Source of the DNA: Bacillota bacterium
Lineage (GTDB): Bacteria; Bacillota; Clostridia; Saccharofermentanales; DTU023
Reading direction: 5' to 3'
Assembly: GCA_035654855.1 (NCBI GenBank)
Contig: DASRVY010000012.1
Location: 1-61,661 of the forward strand
DNA: 61,661 bases
Shown here: positions 25,925 to 35,222 of the stretch, piece after piece
How positions within the stretch are numbered: the stretch's first letter is position 1
How the letters are laid out: each line of letters starts with the position of its first letter
Notes under the pieces: model-generated
The model's input: only the letters and a program-made list of their open reading frames with translations
Database searches by the model: none
What the model was told of the DNA's origin: nothing
Translations under genes and position numbers: made by a program

Positions 25925-27393
25925 TTATCTACTCCGACGGCGGCGGCTGCGACTTCTTTCGCCAGACGAACGGCATAGTTCATGCCGCGATCTTCAGGAT
26001 AGATTTGAGCCATTCCGGCCAGCCAGAGACCCGAAACAGGCGTCTTTATTGTTGGCATTTTCTCGCTGTAGCGGCGTTTAATTACCGGCTGAGAATATCT
26101 GGTGCGCACCAATCTGCTAAACAGTACTTTGTTGTCTGCTGCTCCTGGGAAAGCAACAGCTGCTGCCTGAATAAATTTATCTGTTATCTCCTGATCAGAT
26201 TCTCGCCAAAGCGCTTCCTCAGTTCCAATGTATCTGGAAAGGTAGACCAAATGGCCATCTTTTAATGAGCTTTTACTCAAATTGTCCTGCGCAACTGTCA
26301 CTACGAAGGGAAGATCATCGCAGATTGTTGTCCAATACCAGGGTGACAGCGGCTTCTCATAGATCACACTTAGGCACAGGTTCGCCTTATACTCTAAATC
26401 TGATAATTTCTCTCGATATTCAACGGAATCTATCAGGTCAGAAGCCAATTCTAAAAAAGGTTTTGCAGCGATAGTGCAGATGATTTGATCAAAAAATAAG
26501 GGATAAATCTCATCACCCGTTTTTATTTTGAATTGTGTTTTTTTGCTTAGTGATTCATAAGGCAGTATCTCGGTCACTTGACTGCAAGTATTGATCTGTC
26601 CGCCGTATGCAATAATTTTTGCTTCCAGTCTGTCGGCAATTTGCTGAAAACCGCCTTCAATATATCCCAGCTTCTCTTGGCTGCCCTTTCTGGAGCTGCC
26701 CCTGAGTTTGAACTTATTCCAAATCCAGACAGAGGAAATATCGGCGGCATCTGTTCCGAATTTTGAGTGTAAAAGAGGACGCCAGAGAATTTGCCAGGCT
26801 TTTTCACCGCAGTTCTTTTTTATCCAGTCAGAAGCGAGCTTGTTTTCCAAAGTTTGCCAGTTTTTCAGTCGGGAGGCTTTAAGCACAGAAATGCCTGTAC
26901 GAAGACGCTGAGAAAATGGTATCGGCTTAAAGCTTAATAAGTCCAGAGGGGTGGAGAAGGGATAAAATCTGTTCTCATACATGAGGGCGTTAGCGGCGGT
27001 TTCCCAGTGAAGACGGGATTTAAGATCAAGATCTTCCAACAATTGCAAAAGATAATTATCGCCGGTAAAGAGATGATGGTAGATATCATCAGTATAACCG
27101 GGGTCAAAGCTATCAGAGACAGAGCCTCTGGTTACAGTTTTGCTAGAGTCACGACCATTCGGATCATAATTACGGGAATCAGAACCGGCGGAGACGGAAT
27201 AACCAGGGTTAGAGAATTCTCTTACTCCCTTGATCATGCCGCCAATACGCGCTTCAGACTCAAAGAGGCGGACACAATAGCCCCTCTTGCTAAGTATGTA
27301 AGCAACAGTCAGTCCGGTGAGTCCGCCACCGATGATTGCGATTTTATCTTTATCTTCTTTTTTGGGCATATCCTTATTATTTGGCGGCGGCAT
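25921..27393 (-). CDS. FAD/NAD(P)-binding oxidoreductase, amine-oxidase / protoporphyrinogen-oxidase-like fold
   Basis: Dinucleotide-binding motif KIAIIGGGLTGLTVAYILSKRGYCVRLFESEARIGGM; the length and C-terminus (..LWLAGMAQIYPEDRGMNYAV..) fit the family. The start is ambiguous among ATGs at 27393, 27369 and 27435, and none has a good SD. Confidence 0.75.
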   Translation of the reverse strand: MPPPNNKDMPKKEDKDKIAIIGGGLTGLTVAYILSKRGYCVRLFESEARIGGMIKGVREFSNPGYSVSAGSDSRNYDPNGRDSSKTVTRGSVSDSFDPGYTDDIYHHLFTGDNYLLQLLEDLDLKSRLHWETAANALMYENRFYPFSTPLDLLSFKPIPFSQRLRTGISVLKASRLKNWQTLENKLASDWIKKNCGEKAWQILWRPLLHSKFGTDAADISSVWIWNKFKLRGSSRKGSQEKLGYIEGGFQQIADRLEAKIIAYGGQINTCSQVTEILPYESLSKKTQFKIKTGDEIYPLFFDQIICTIAAKPFLELASDLIDSVEYREKLSDLEYKANLCLSVIYEKPLSPWYWTTICDDLPFVVTVAQDNLSKSSLKDGHLVYLSRYIGTEEALWRESDQEITDKFIQAAAVAFPGAADNKVLFSRLVRTRYSQPVIKRRYSEKMPTIKTPVSGLWLAGMAQIYPEDRGMNYAVRLAKEVAAAAVGVDK

Positions 27394-27400
27394 TAGAATA

Positions 27401-29314
27401 TCAAGTTTTTTGCTGCCGCAGATAATATTCAGCATCAGGCAAGTTCTTCGCGGCCAGTGACAGCCTTTCTTCTATCGGGATAGGCCGGTCATACTCATCA
27501 ATTACGACTGACGCTCCACGCAGGGATTTGGTCTTGAATCCTCTGGCGTAACGAAATTCTTCCGCCTCATCCCAAAGATAAGGTACAGGCAGGTATCCTG
27601 CCATAAATATTTTATAAAAGCCTTCAGCAGAATAGAGGTCAGGGACCATTTGCTCAAGGGTGTTGATCATAGTCTCCGCATCATTATACAAAGACTTTTC
27701 TCTGGCCAAAACTTCTGTATTCATTGTCATGTCATCAATCATACCCTTATGTCTGGCCAGGCGATATTTTTTTAGTGTATGAAGTGTAATTTGAACACTC
27801 TCGTTAATGATGTCCGGTGTAGCAAGATGTGAAGCTTCGGAATAACTCACCACATGAATGATAGAAGGACAGGACATATCTGCAGGCTCGATATCGTCCA
27901 TCAGGCAGGTGACTGCCGCAAGTTGGGCTCTAGCCTCTTTAAGATCGGGTTTGAAATAGTCAAGGCCGGCGCGAGGCTGCAAAATAACTTTGAATTGACC
28001 GTCTTCCAGGCTGCGCAGCAATCGCAGCATAGCTCTGGATTTTGCCAAATCCTGAACGCCCCACGTGTTTCTCGGGGTGTTCAGCATATTTTGTAAAATG
28101 AAAGTCCTTATACCTAGCTGCTTGGCCAGTTTTGCGGCCAGATAGACGCTTACAATATAGGTGATATCATCTGAGCCGCGAAAAGCAAAGTGATGCGATA
28201 CATTGGCTTCAAAGGGTTTCCCGGCCGCGGCGACATAACGAATTGTTTTGATGTGTTCTTGCAGATTCGTATAAAGGTCGTATGGACCTCTGCCGTCCAG
28301 ATTGTTGAACCACCATAGTGACAGAGCGTGCCAGCAGATGTTTATGGAGTCCTCGTATATTTTTGCCAATTCAGGAATATTCTTTGTTCCGGCATAAGTT
28401 CTTAGCAGCATTGGCCGGGCTGCATCATATATGTAATGAAAATCGGCAATGGAGTTAATCGGTACTCCGCCGCCGTTTATTTTTCCCGTCCAGTCTTCGC
28501 CAAAATTTGACTGGCTCAGCTGTGAAGTCCCCAATGAGAGAATATCCAGCAGACCGGCCTGAGCCAACTGTTTGCACCAATCGCCGCATTCCTTTACTGC
28601 CTCGGGGAGCTTTTGCTCCGATATATATGGGCCCACATGAGCACGCATCAATGGCCTCTGACCAATAAAATCTGCACTGGAATTTTGCACAGCATTCAGT
28701 CGTTTGAGCAAAGAATCATTTTTGGTGCCGTACTCAGGGTAGCAAAAAGAAGCAACATTTTTTTCGCCCCAATATTCTGCCGAAGCAATTATATCCCTGC
28801 CAAATTGCAGGAGGGAGTCGTCGTATTTACCTACTTCCAAGATGGTTTTAGGGATGATGTCTGTGGGCACTTTCATCAATTCCAGTGTTTCTTTAACGGA
28901 TTCGCCTCCTTGGAAACAGATGAGAGGTCCTTTGAATTCCCTTTGGATGGACTGACATGTCCGGGGTAAACCGCCAAAAATGATAATTTCAACAGCTCCG
29001 CCCTGAAAAGACATCAGGCCGGAGTTTTTCAATTCTTCATAAAGATAACCAACCATATTGACAGCGTCTGCCTGATCCAGACGATAACTTAAACCGAGGC
29101 GGCTAATCTTTTCTGTTTTTATCCAGTCAATAATTTCCCGTCTGGCCGGTACTTCTCTGTAATGACTAAGCGCTCGCTGGACTTTGGGATTTGCGATTAC
29201 CACTCGATAACCGCACTCCCTAAGCAGCTCGGCTGCTGACTGCAGCCCCAATGTATGAGCGTCATTAGCAGGCTTGATAAAACCATAAACAGTACTGTGT
29301 AAAGAAGTAGTCAT
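27401..29314 (-). CDS. Protein with N-terminal cobalamin (B12)-binding domain (DxHxxG) fused to a roughly 480-aa uncharacterised, possibly TIM-barrel-like domain
   Basis: N-terminus VYGFIKPANDAHTLGLQSAAELLRECGYRVVIA matches the B12-binding Rossmann signature D-x-H-x-x-G. There is no CxxxCxxC radical-SAM motif anywhere. GGGAG SD 6 nt upstream. Confidence 0.55.
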   Translation of the reverse strand: MTTSLHSTVYGFIKPANDAHTLGLQSAAELLRECGYRVVIANPKVQRALSHYREVPARREIIDWIKTEKISRLGLSYRLDQADAVNMVGYLYEELKNSGLMSFQGGAVEIIIFGGLPRTCQSIQREFKGPLICFQGGESVKETLELMKVPTDIIPKTILEVGKYDDSLLQFGRDIIASAEYWGEKNVASFCYPEYGTKNDSLLKRLNAVQNSSADFIGQRPLMRAHVGPYISEQKLPEAVKECGDWCKQLAQAGLLDILSLGTSQLSQSNFGEDWTGKINGGGVPINSIADFHYIYDAARPMLLRTYAGTKNIPELAKIYEDSINICWHALSLWWFNNLDGRGPYDLYTNLQEHIKTIRYVAAAGKPFEANVSHHFAFRGSDDITYIVSVYLAAKLAKQLGIRTFILQNMLNTPRNTWGVQDLAKSRAMLRLLRSLEDGQFKVILQPRAGLDYFKPDLKEARAQLAAVTCLMDDIEPADMSCPSIIHVVSYSEASHLATPDIINESVQITLHTLKKYRLARHKGMIDDMTMNTEVLAREKSLYNDAETMINTLEQMVPDLYSAEGFYKIFMAGYLPVPYLWDEAEEFRYARGFKTKSLRGASVVIDEYDRPIPIEERLSLAAKNLPDAEYYLRQQKT

Positions 29315-29356
29315 AAAATGCTCCCGTTAAATTATCACGTCAGAGAAAATCAGAAA

Positions 29357-30451
29357 CTATCTTTCATTATTTTGTCTATCTTGCCTTAACAGAGCTGAAT
29401 ATACACTTTGCAAATTGATACCTTTCAGATTTCTGCCTGTAGCTCGGAAGTCTATCTGCAATAATTTGGAGGCAAGGTCAATAATCAATGAAGTATAAGA
29501 AGTATCGACACGCATCAAATTGCCGAGAGTTTCCAGAGTTACCAGACCATAGGGTACGTCTTCCAGTATGTATCGATGATGCAAGGTGCTAGGAGCGTCG
29601 ATGTCGTAATACACTTCTGTTCTGCTGACAACATCGTAAAGAGTTTCCGCTTCGGCAAAAGGAGTATGATAGCTGCGGTGGAACCAATCTTTAGTGCTTA
29701 AGACAATGTATCCCAGAGCTTCTGCCACTTCCAGGCGCTCTCGGTCAATCTCTTCGATGAAGGCACCGATATGTGGTGTGATGCTGTCTGTATAGTACTT
29801 GAAAGAAAAATCGGGATTTTCTGTCCAGCCGCTATTGAGCAACAGAGGTGTGCAATGCAAAATCATTCCTACATTGCCGATAGACGTCTGAATCATAGAA
29901 TCTGCCGGAGTAAAGTGGTCTCTCATAGGATAAGGAAGGCTGGCAACCAATTCGGAATTGCTCATTTTACCCAGCCCCGCCAAATAAACAGAATCCTTTA
30001 TGGCCATTACTTTAACCTTGTCCGGAGCCAGTTTGCGGCAAGTATGCATAACTGTTTGGGTTTCAGCGATCTCCGGAGTGATGGGATTATTTTGCAGGGA
30101 ATAATAGTGACTGAATTCAATTGCTCCACAGGTACGGCCGGGATTGAGTACAATGATGCAGTCTTTCTGCAGATGTCTGCCGAATAAGATAGCCAGGTCG
30201 CGATGAGCAATAGCAGGAGTTGCAATCAGGACTATATCCGGATTTGCCAGAGCTGCTTCAATATCGTCAGTTACCTCAGTTAGTTTGGCGTTTCCGCTGA
30301 TTCTCCCTGTTGCCTGAATAGTTTTTGTGTTTTTTAGTGTCGCAATATTCTCAGCAGACCTGTTCCATAAGGTGACGTCATTATTCGCGAGAGCTAAATG
30401 TGCCGCCATTGCCAAGCCTGAGTTTCCTGCGCCTATGACTGAAATCTTCAT
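29357..30451 (-). CDS. NAD(P)-dependent octopine/nopaline (opine) dehydrogenase-family protein
   Basis: N-terminal Rossmann MKISVIGAGNSGLAMAAHLA and C-terminal family motif HHRYILEDVPYGLVTLETLG. GAGGAA SD upstream. Confidence 0.7.
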   Translation of the reverse strand: MKISVIGAGNSGLAMAAHLALANNDVTLWNRSAENIATLKNTKTIQATGRISGNAKLTEVTDDIEAALANPDIVLIATPAIAHRDLAILFGRHLQKDCIIVLNPGRTCGAIEFSHYYSLQNNPITPEIAETQTVMHTCRKLAPDKVKVMAIKDSVYLAGLGKMSNSELVASLPYPMRDHFTPADSMIQTSIGNVGMILHCTPLLLNSGWTENPDFSFKYYTDSITPHIGAFIEEIDRERLEVAEALGYIVLSTKDWFHRSYHTPFAEAETLYDVVSRTEVYYDIDAPSTLHHRYILEDVPYGLVTLETLGNLMRVDTSYTSLIIDLASKLLQIDFRATGRNLKGINLQSVYSALLRQDRQNNER

Positions 30452-30544
30452 GCTGTTTTCCTCAAAATACGGTAGATACGATGGTCGAATAGATACCCAA
30501 ATTGATAATCTGCATATTGAGCTAAGTTAGAACTCTGAACCTTG

Positions 30545-30574
30545 ATTATAGGTTTTATACTTCCGGAGTGTCAA
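30545..30574 (-). promoter_or_regulatory. Near-consensus sigma-70-type promoter for the opine-DH operon
   Basis: Minus strand: TTGACA (30569-30574), 18-nt spacer, TATAAT (30545-30550). Confidence 0.5.
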
Positions 30575-30583
30575 TTATTCTTT

Positions 30584-30589
30584 ATCTTG
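30584..30589. repeat. Left target-site duplication ATCTTG
   Basis: Identical hexamer abuts the outer end of each IS inverted repeat (30584-30589 and 32367-32372). Confidence 0.6.
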
Positions 30590-32366
30590 GAGGCATGTGC
30601 GATGTTCCCATTTTGAATACCGCACCTCATCGACCGGCAACAAGCGCTGCCAAGATTTAACCATATGAATGCGTTTTGCAGCACCTTGCTGCACCTAAAA
30701 GAGAAAAAATATCCACTCAACATGGGGAAAATCTGCACGTCAGACAGTTCCACTGAAAATGAGAAACCTTAATAAACTCTGGTCAATATCGTTATCAGCA
30801 TTCGTAAGATCAGGCAGGTATGCGAATCAAGCTCCGGTAGGTTGTTGAATCCGCTTTGCAAAGCAAATGTGCATACGCCAAAGCGTTCATGACAAGTAAA
30901 GCCAACGAACAGCGAAGCTGCATCTTCTTCATACCTCGGATCGTATGGTTCTCAAAGCCAAAAGAAACATTAAGGCGGCTGTTCACCCGTTCAACCGATG
31001 TTCGTTTGTTGTAAAGACGCTGCCAAACATGACTGTCACGAGGAATCCGCTGAAAGGCACGTGGATCGGTTTGTCGGGGAATGCGAAGACCATGGCGACA
31101 GGCACAAAGCGCCGCACCTTCACAGTAAAGGCCAATACGTACGGCTGTCGGACACGATTTGCGGATGCAATCGCGTGACGATTCATACCCGTTGTTTGGC
31201 ATCGTCCGTTCTTTCCCGGTCTTAGGGCAAGCACAAAACACTGCACCCTTTTCGTTGTACATCATGTTGTCGTAATGAAGCAGCGGTTTCTTGGCATCTC
31301 TCCATAAAAGACGCGTGTCAATGACCGCTTTTATGCCATCGTTAGCCAACATCTCAACAAACTTCTGGTTGTCATAACCTCGATCACCTTGAAGGGTCTT
31401 AGCCTGGCTATAGACGATGGGATGACAGGTTTTGTAATGCTCCAAGAGCACCGGAGCTTCGGCCATGTCATGCCGGTTGGCTTTGGTGACGGTATAGGCG
31501 ACAGGTAGTTCATGGTTGCTGTCGACGAGAAGATGGAGCTTGAAACCAAAAAAGGACATCGTCTTCTTCCAAAATGATCCGTCTTCACGCCGACCACTGT
31601 ATTCCTTTACTCCCCAATTGGCGTCATGTTCAGCTCTGGCTCCAGCCTTTCGTTTGTCGCGAAGCGAATTGGCATACGACTGAATATGTTTGCTGTCGAT
31701 GGCCAGGTCTTCACCAAACTGTGGGAGCATGGTCGAGAGCTTATCCACCATGGCGATAAACATGGCATCGATCTCATCCTGACAACCCATGAGGTTCTTT
31801 AAGAAACAGCTCATCGCAGAAGAGGGTGGAACCGTAAGGCTTGTCATACGACCACCAGAGACGACCAAGCGTAGCTGAGCATTACGAGCCAATTCTCGCT
31901 TTAAGCTTTCATACGTTGGATGTTGGAAGACAATACCAGCCAAAACGCAGTTCCACATTATAGCCACCGGGTACTTGTCACGGCCACGAGAACCTCGCTG
32001 TCGTTCAAGTCGCCCAATTAAGGTTTCATCTGGTAAAACCTCAAGTAACATCGAGAGGCGTTCCAGGTCACCATAATCACGCAGATCGATTTCGTAGTTG
32101 AAGAAGGTTTGTTGTGCTAAAATGGCCATGTAAAAGCGGTGCTCCTTTGGTCGGTTTTTTTGCAATTCCATTATGCCAATCGGATTGCCGCTTTTTCCTT
32201 TGTTTTCAAGCCTTTTCAGGCTTTTTTATATTTTGGGTGGACTTTTGTCATTTTCACCATCGATGATGCTCAAAACGTACGATCTACGTGAATTTCTGGG
32301 TGATGCAATTTTAAGTGTCTCTTGAAACAACTGTGGCTAAGGCATTAATGACATCGCACATGCCTC
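30590..32366 (-). mobile_element. Complete insertion sequence (IS4/IS5/IS1182-like DDE element), about 1.78 kb
   Basis: Perfect 16-bp terminal inverted repeats: GAGGCATGTGCGATGT (30590-30605) and its reverse complement (32351-32366). It carries a single transposase ORF and is flanked by the direct repeat ATCTTG. Confidence 0.85.
30810..32171 (-). CDS. DDE transposase (DUF772-like N-terminal domain plus DDE_Tnp_1-like catalytic domain)
   Basis: 453 aa. N-terminal ...GRDKYPVAIMWNCVLAGIVFQHPTYESLKRELARNAQLR and C-terminal YNKRTSVERVNSRLN (Y-R-E-K type signature). Confidence 0.9.
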   Translation of the reverse strand: MELQKNRPKEHRFYMAILAQQTFFNYEIDLRDYGDLERLSMLLEVLPDETLIGRLERQRGSRGRDKYPVAIMWNCVLAGIVFQHPTYESLKRELARNAQLRLVVSGGRMTSLTVPPSSAMSCFLKNLMGCQDEIDAMFIAMVDKLSTMLPQFGEDLAIDSKHIQSYANSLRDKRKAGARAEHDANWGVKEYSGRREDGSFWKKTMSFFGFKLHLLVDSNHELPVAYTVTKANRHDMAEAPVLLEHYKTCHPIVYSQAKTLQGDRGYDNQKFVEMLANDGIKAVIDTRLLWRDAKKPLLHYDNMMYNEKGAVFCACPKTGKERTMPNNGYESSRDCIRKSCPTAVRIGLYCEGAALCACRHGLRIPRQTDPRAFQRIPRDSHVWQRLYNKRTSVERVNSRLNVSFGFENHTIRGMKKMQLRCSLALLVMNALAYAHLLCKADSTTYRSLIRIPA

Positions 32367-32372
32367 ATCTTG
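32367..32372. repeat. Right target-site duplication ATCTTG
   Basis: See the left copy. Its TTG forms the first half of the alaS -35 hexamer. Confidence 0.6.
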
Positions 32373-32399
32373 AAATATTTTTGTCCATGATTCTATATT
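32370..32399 (+). promoter_or_regulatory. Candidate alaS promoter
   Basis: TTGAAA (32370-32375), 18-nt spacer, TATATT (32394-32399), about 65 nt upstream of the GTG start. Confidence 0.45.
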
Positions 32400-32463
32400 G
32401 GATGAGAACTGCTTGCTAGGCTTTCTTTCGTCTGCTAGACTTTTCGGGTAGGAGGTAGTCAAA

Positions 32464-35127
32464 GTGGAAAAATTAGGGTTGAATGAACTGCGGGAACGCT
32501 TTCAGAGTTTTTTTGAGAAAAAGGGACATCTGCGTTTGCCCAGCTTTTCTCTGATACCGCAGCATGACCCGTCACTGCTGCTGATTAATGCGGGAATGAC
32601 TCCTCTGAAGCCATATTTTACCGGCGCAGTTGAGCCACCGGCTCCCCGTGTAACTAACTGCCAAAAATGTCTGCGCACGCCTGACATAGATTTGGTGGGT
32701 AAAACCAGCCGGCATGCTACCTTCTTTGAGATGCTGGGAAATTTTTCTTTCGGCGACTATTTTAAAAAGGAAGCAATCAGCTGGGCCTGGGAATTTCTTG
32801 TCGAAGACTTGAAGATGCCGGCGGATAGATTATATGCTACTGTCTATCTGGACGATGATGAAGCCCATGCCCTTTGGGAACAAGAGACATCGATTGATCC
32901 TTCACATATTTCCCGCCTGGGCAAAGAAGATAATTTTTGGGAGCATGGTGTGGGTCCTTGCGGCCCTTGTTCAGAAATTCACTTCGACCGCGGTGAAGAA
33001 AAAGGCTGCAAGAAACCGGAATGTGCTCCGGGTTGTGATTGCGACCGTTTTGTCGAAATTTGGAACCTTGTTTTTACCCAATTTTATCGAGAGGAAGACG
33101 GCAGTTACTCTCCTCTTGAACAATGTAATATTGACACCGGCGCAGGTTTAGAACGGCTGGCTGTTGTGATGCAAGGCGCGGATAATATCTTCGAGGTAGA
33201 TACGATCAGGGAACTTTTGGATACAGTTTCCTCTTATTGCAAGGTCAATTACGGCGAAGATGACAAAGCTGACGTAGCGCTTCGTGTTATAACTGACCAC
33301 CTCCGAGGCGCTGTTATGTTGATAAGTGACGGGGTATTGCCTAGCAATGAAGGCCGCGGCTATGTGCTGCGCCGCATGATTAGACGTGCCGCCCGTTACG
33401 GCAGGCTGCTTGGCGTGGAGAACCCGTTTCTGTTTGAGATTGCACCGGTTGCTATTAGGATTTTAACAGCGGCATATCCCGAACTGTCCGAGCGTGAAAA
33501 GGCTATTCTTGCGACATTAAGAGTGGAGGAGGAGCGGTTTGCAGCTACTGTTGAGCAAGGTTTAAGGCTCCTGAGAGACCTGATCTTCAAAGTGCAAAAA
33601 GAAAAAGGCAAAGAATTGTTGGGAGTATCTGTTTTTAAGCTGCACGACACTTTTGGTTTTCCTATAGATCTGACGCGAGAAATAGCAGCGGAAGAAGGAC
33701 TGACCATCGATGAAAACGGTTTTCGAGCGGCGATGGAAAAACAGCGCAGCGCTGCCAGAGAGGCCCTTCTGGAAAAGGGAGGATCAGCCTGGGCAGACGA
33801 GACCATGCTTGAAGCAGTATCACATATGCCGGCGACCGGATTCAGCGGTTATGACCGGATGAAGCTATCAAGCAAGATTGATCTGCTTATACTTCAGCAG
33901 GACGAAGAGCCTAAGTTTACAGTTGCAGAAGAGGCAAAACCGGGTGACAAGCTGATCGTTGTAACTCCCGAGACCGTGTTTTATGCGGAAGGCGGCGGAC
34001 AAAGCGGTGATATAGGTGTTATCCGCACTCAGACAGCCAGCCTTAGAGTGGAGAACACAACAAAGACTGATAGAGGAGTGTATTTGCATCACGCAATTCT
34101 GACTGACGGGCAGATAAATTCCGGCGATGAGATCGAGATGGAAGTTGATCGCGCCACACGCATGGCCACAGCCAGAAACCATACCGCGACGCATTTGCTG
34201 CATAAAGCTCTGCGTCAAGTTTTAGGCGAGCATGTCACTCAGGCCGGTTCTTATGTAGATTCTGAATATCTGCGCTTTGACTTTACACATCATAGTGCGA
34301 TGACATTTGAAGAGAAGAATGAGGTTGAGCGGCTTGTTAACGAGGCTATAGAGAAAGATTATCCCGTCAGCGCAGAGATTATGACGTCAGATGAAGCTGC
34401 GGAGGCGGGAGCTATTGCCCTATTTACTGAAAAATACGGCGATCAGGTCAGGGCGATCAGGATTGACGATTATTCGCTGGAACTTTGTGGCGGCACGCAT
34501 CTGACTCATACCGGTCAGATGATGATATTTATCTTGATCTCAGAAAGTGGAATCTCGGCAGGTGTGCGCAGAATAGAGGCATTTACAGGCCTTAAAGCGG
34601 TATCCATGATGGGCAAACTCAGAAAAATTTTGCATCAGTCAGCGGAAAAACTGAAAACAACCGTTACCGATGTGGCGCACAAGATTGATTCTTTGCAAAA
34701 TGAGGTCAAAGAACTCAATCATGAATTGTCAATTCTCAAGGCTCAAGATATCACTTCCGCGGCGAAAGATTTGTTGTCGAAGGCGCAAAAGTTTGGGACC
34801 GTCACAGCGGTTGTCGGCCGGATAGCCGCAACGGACGCAGAACAATTGCGTATAGCCGGAGATTATATACGGGATCATTTCAGCTCATCTGTTGTAGTTT
34901 TAGCCGCCCCCCTTGAGGACAAGATCCTCTGGCTCGCTATGGCTGCCGGAGAGGCTGTGAAAGCAGGCATCCACTGTGGCAATATCATCCGCGAGACAGC
35001 CAGGATAACCGGCGGCGGAGGAGGAGGCAGACCTGACATGGCCCAGGCGGGCGGCCGTGATCATTCCAGGCTGGAAGAGGCTCTGCAAAGAGCAAACGAG
35101 ATTATTGCAGAACAATTAACGTTGTAG
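32464..35127 (+). CDS. alaS: Alanine--tRNA ligase
   Basis: 887 aa. Class II motifs (..FFEMLGNFSFGDYFK..), editing-domain HxxxH/CxxxH (..HTATHLLH.., ..ELCGGTH..) and a C-terminal DHHA1-like GGGGGRPDMAQAGG. GTG start after AGGAGG. Confidence 0.97.
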   Translation: MEKLGLNELRERFQSFFEKKGHLRLPSFSLIPQHDPSLLLINAGMTPLKPYFTGAVEPPAPRVTNCQKCLRTPDIDLVGKTSRHATFFEMLGNFSFGDYFKKEAISWAWEFLVEDLKMPADRLYATVYLDDDEAHALWEQETSIDPSHISRLGKEDNFWEHGVGPCGPCSEIHFDRGEEKGCKKPECAPGCDCDRFVEIWNLVFTQFYREEDGSYSPLEQCNIDTGAGLERLAVVMQGADNIFEVDTIRELLDTVSSYCKVNYGEDDKADVALRVITDHLRGAVMLISDGVLPSNEGRGYVLRRMIRRAARYGRLLGVENPFLFEIAPVAIRILTAAYPELSEREKAILATLRVEEERFAATVEQGLRLLRDLIFKVQKEKGKELLGVSVFKLHDTFGFPIDLTREIAAEEGLTIDENGFRAAMEKQRSAAREALLEKGGSAWADETMLEAVSHMPATGFSGYDRMKLSSKIDLLILQQDEEPKFTVAEEAKPGDKLIVVTPETVFYAEGGGQSGDIGVIRTQTASLRVENTTKTDRGVYLHHAILTDGQINSGDEIEMEVDRATRMATARNHTATHLLHKALRQVLGEHVTQAGSYVDSEYLRFDFTHHSAMTFEEKNEVERLVNEAIEKDYPVSAEIMTSDEAAEAGAIALFTEKYGDQVRAIRIDDYSLELCGGTHLTHTGQMMIFILISESGISAGVRRIEAFTGLKAVSMMGKLRKILHQSAEKLKTTVTDVAHKIDSLQNEVKELNHELSILKAQDITSAAKDLLSKAQKFGTVTAVVGRIAATDAEQLRIAGDYIRDHFSSSVVVLAAPLEDKILWLAMAAGEAVKAGIHCGNIIRETARITGGGGGGRPDMAQAGGRDHSRLEEALQRANEIIAEQLTL

Positions 35128-35222
35128 TCAACGAGCAGCGAAAAAACTGCCTCAGACCGGATGAAGCCGGGAAGAGATAAATTGCAGTGAAAACGTGATT
35201 ATAGTATTGTCGGGAGGCAAGT

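Noticed and set aside
27401-29314. Similarity of ..ILQPRAGLDYF.. to the QPRAG segment I remember from the glutamate mutase E subunit.
   Set aside because: It is a single pentapeptide at a very different relative position in the protein, and I cannot support homology by eye. The function is left unassigned.
30571-30753. 60-aa minus-strand ORF in the left arm of the IS.
   Set aside because: It crosses the terminal inverted repeat into flanking DNA, has no SD, and is probably fortuitous.
32373-32463. Possible T-box or other leader upstream of alaS, perhaps disrupted by the IS.
   Set aside because: The reconstructed pre-insertion intergenic region is filled by two divergent promoters. The leader of about 65 nt is too short and has no T-box sequence (AGGGTGGNACCGCG-like) or specifier/antiterminator structure.
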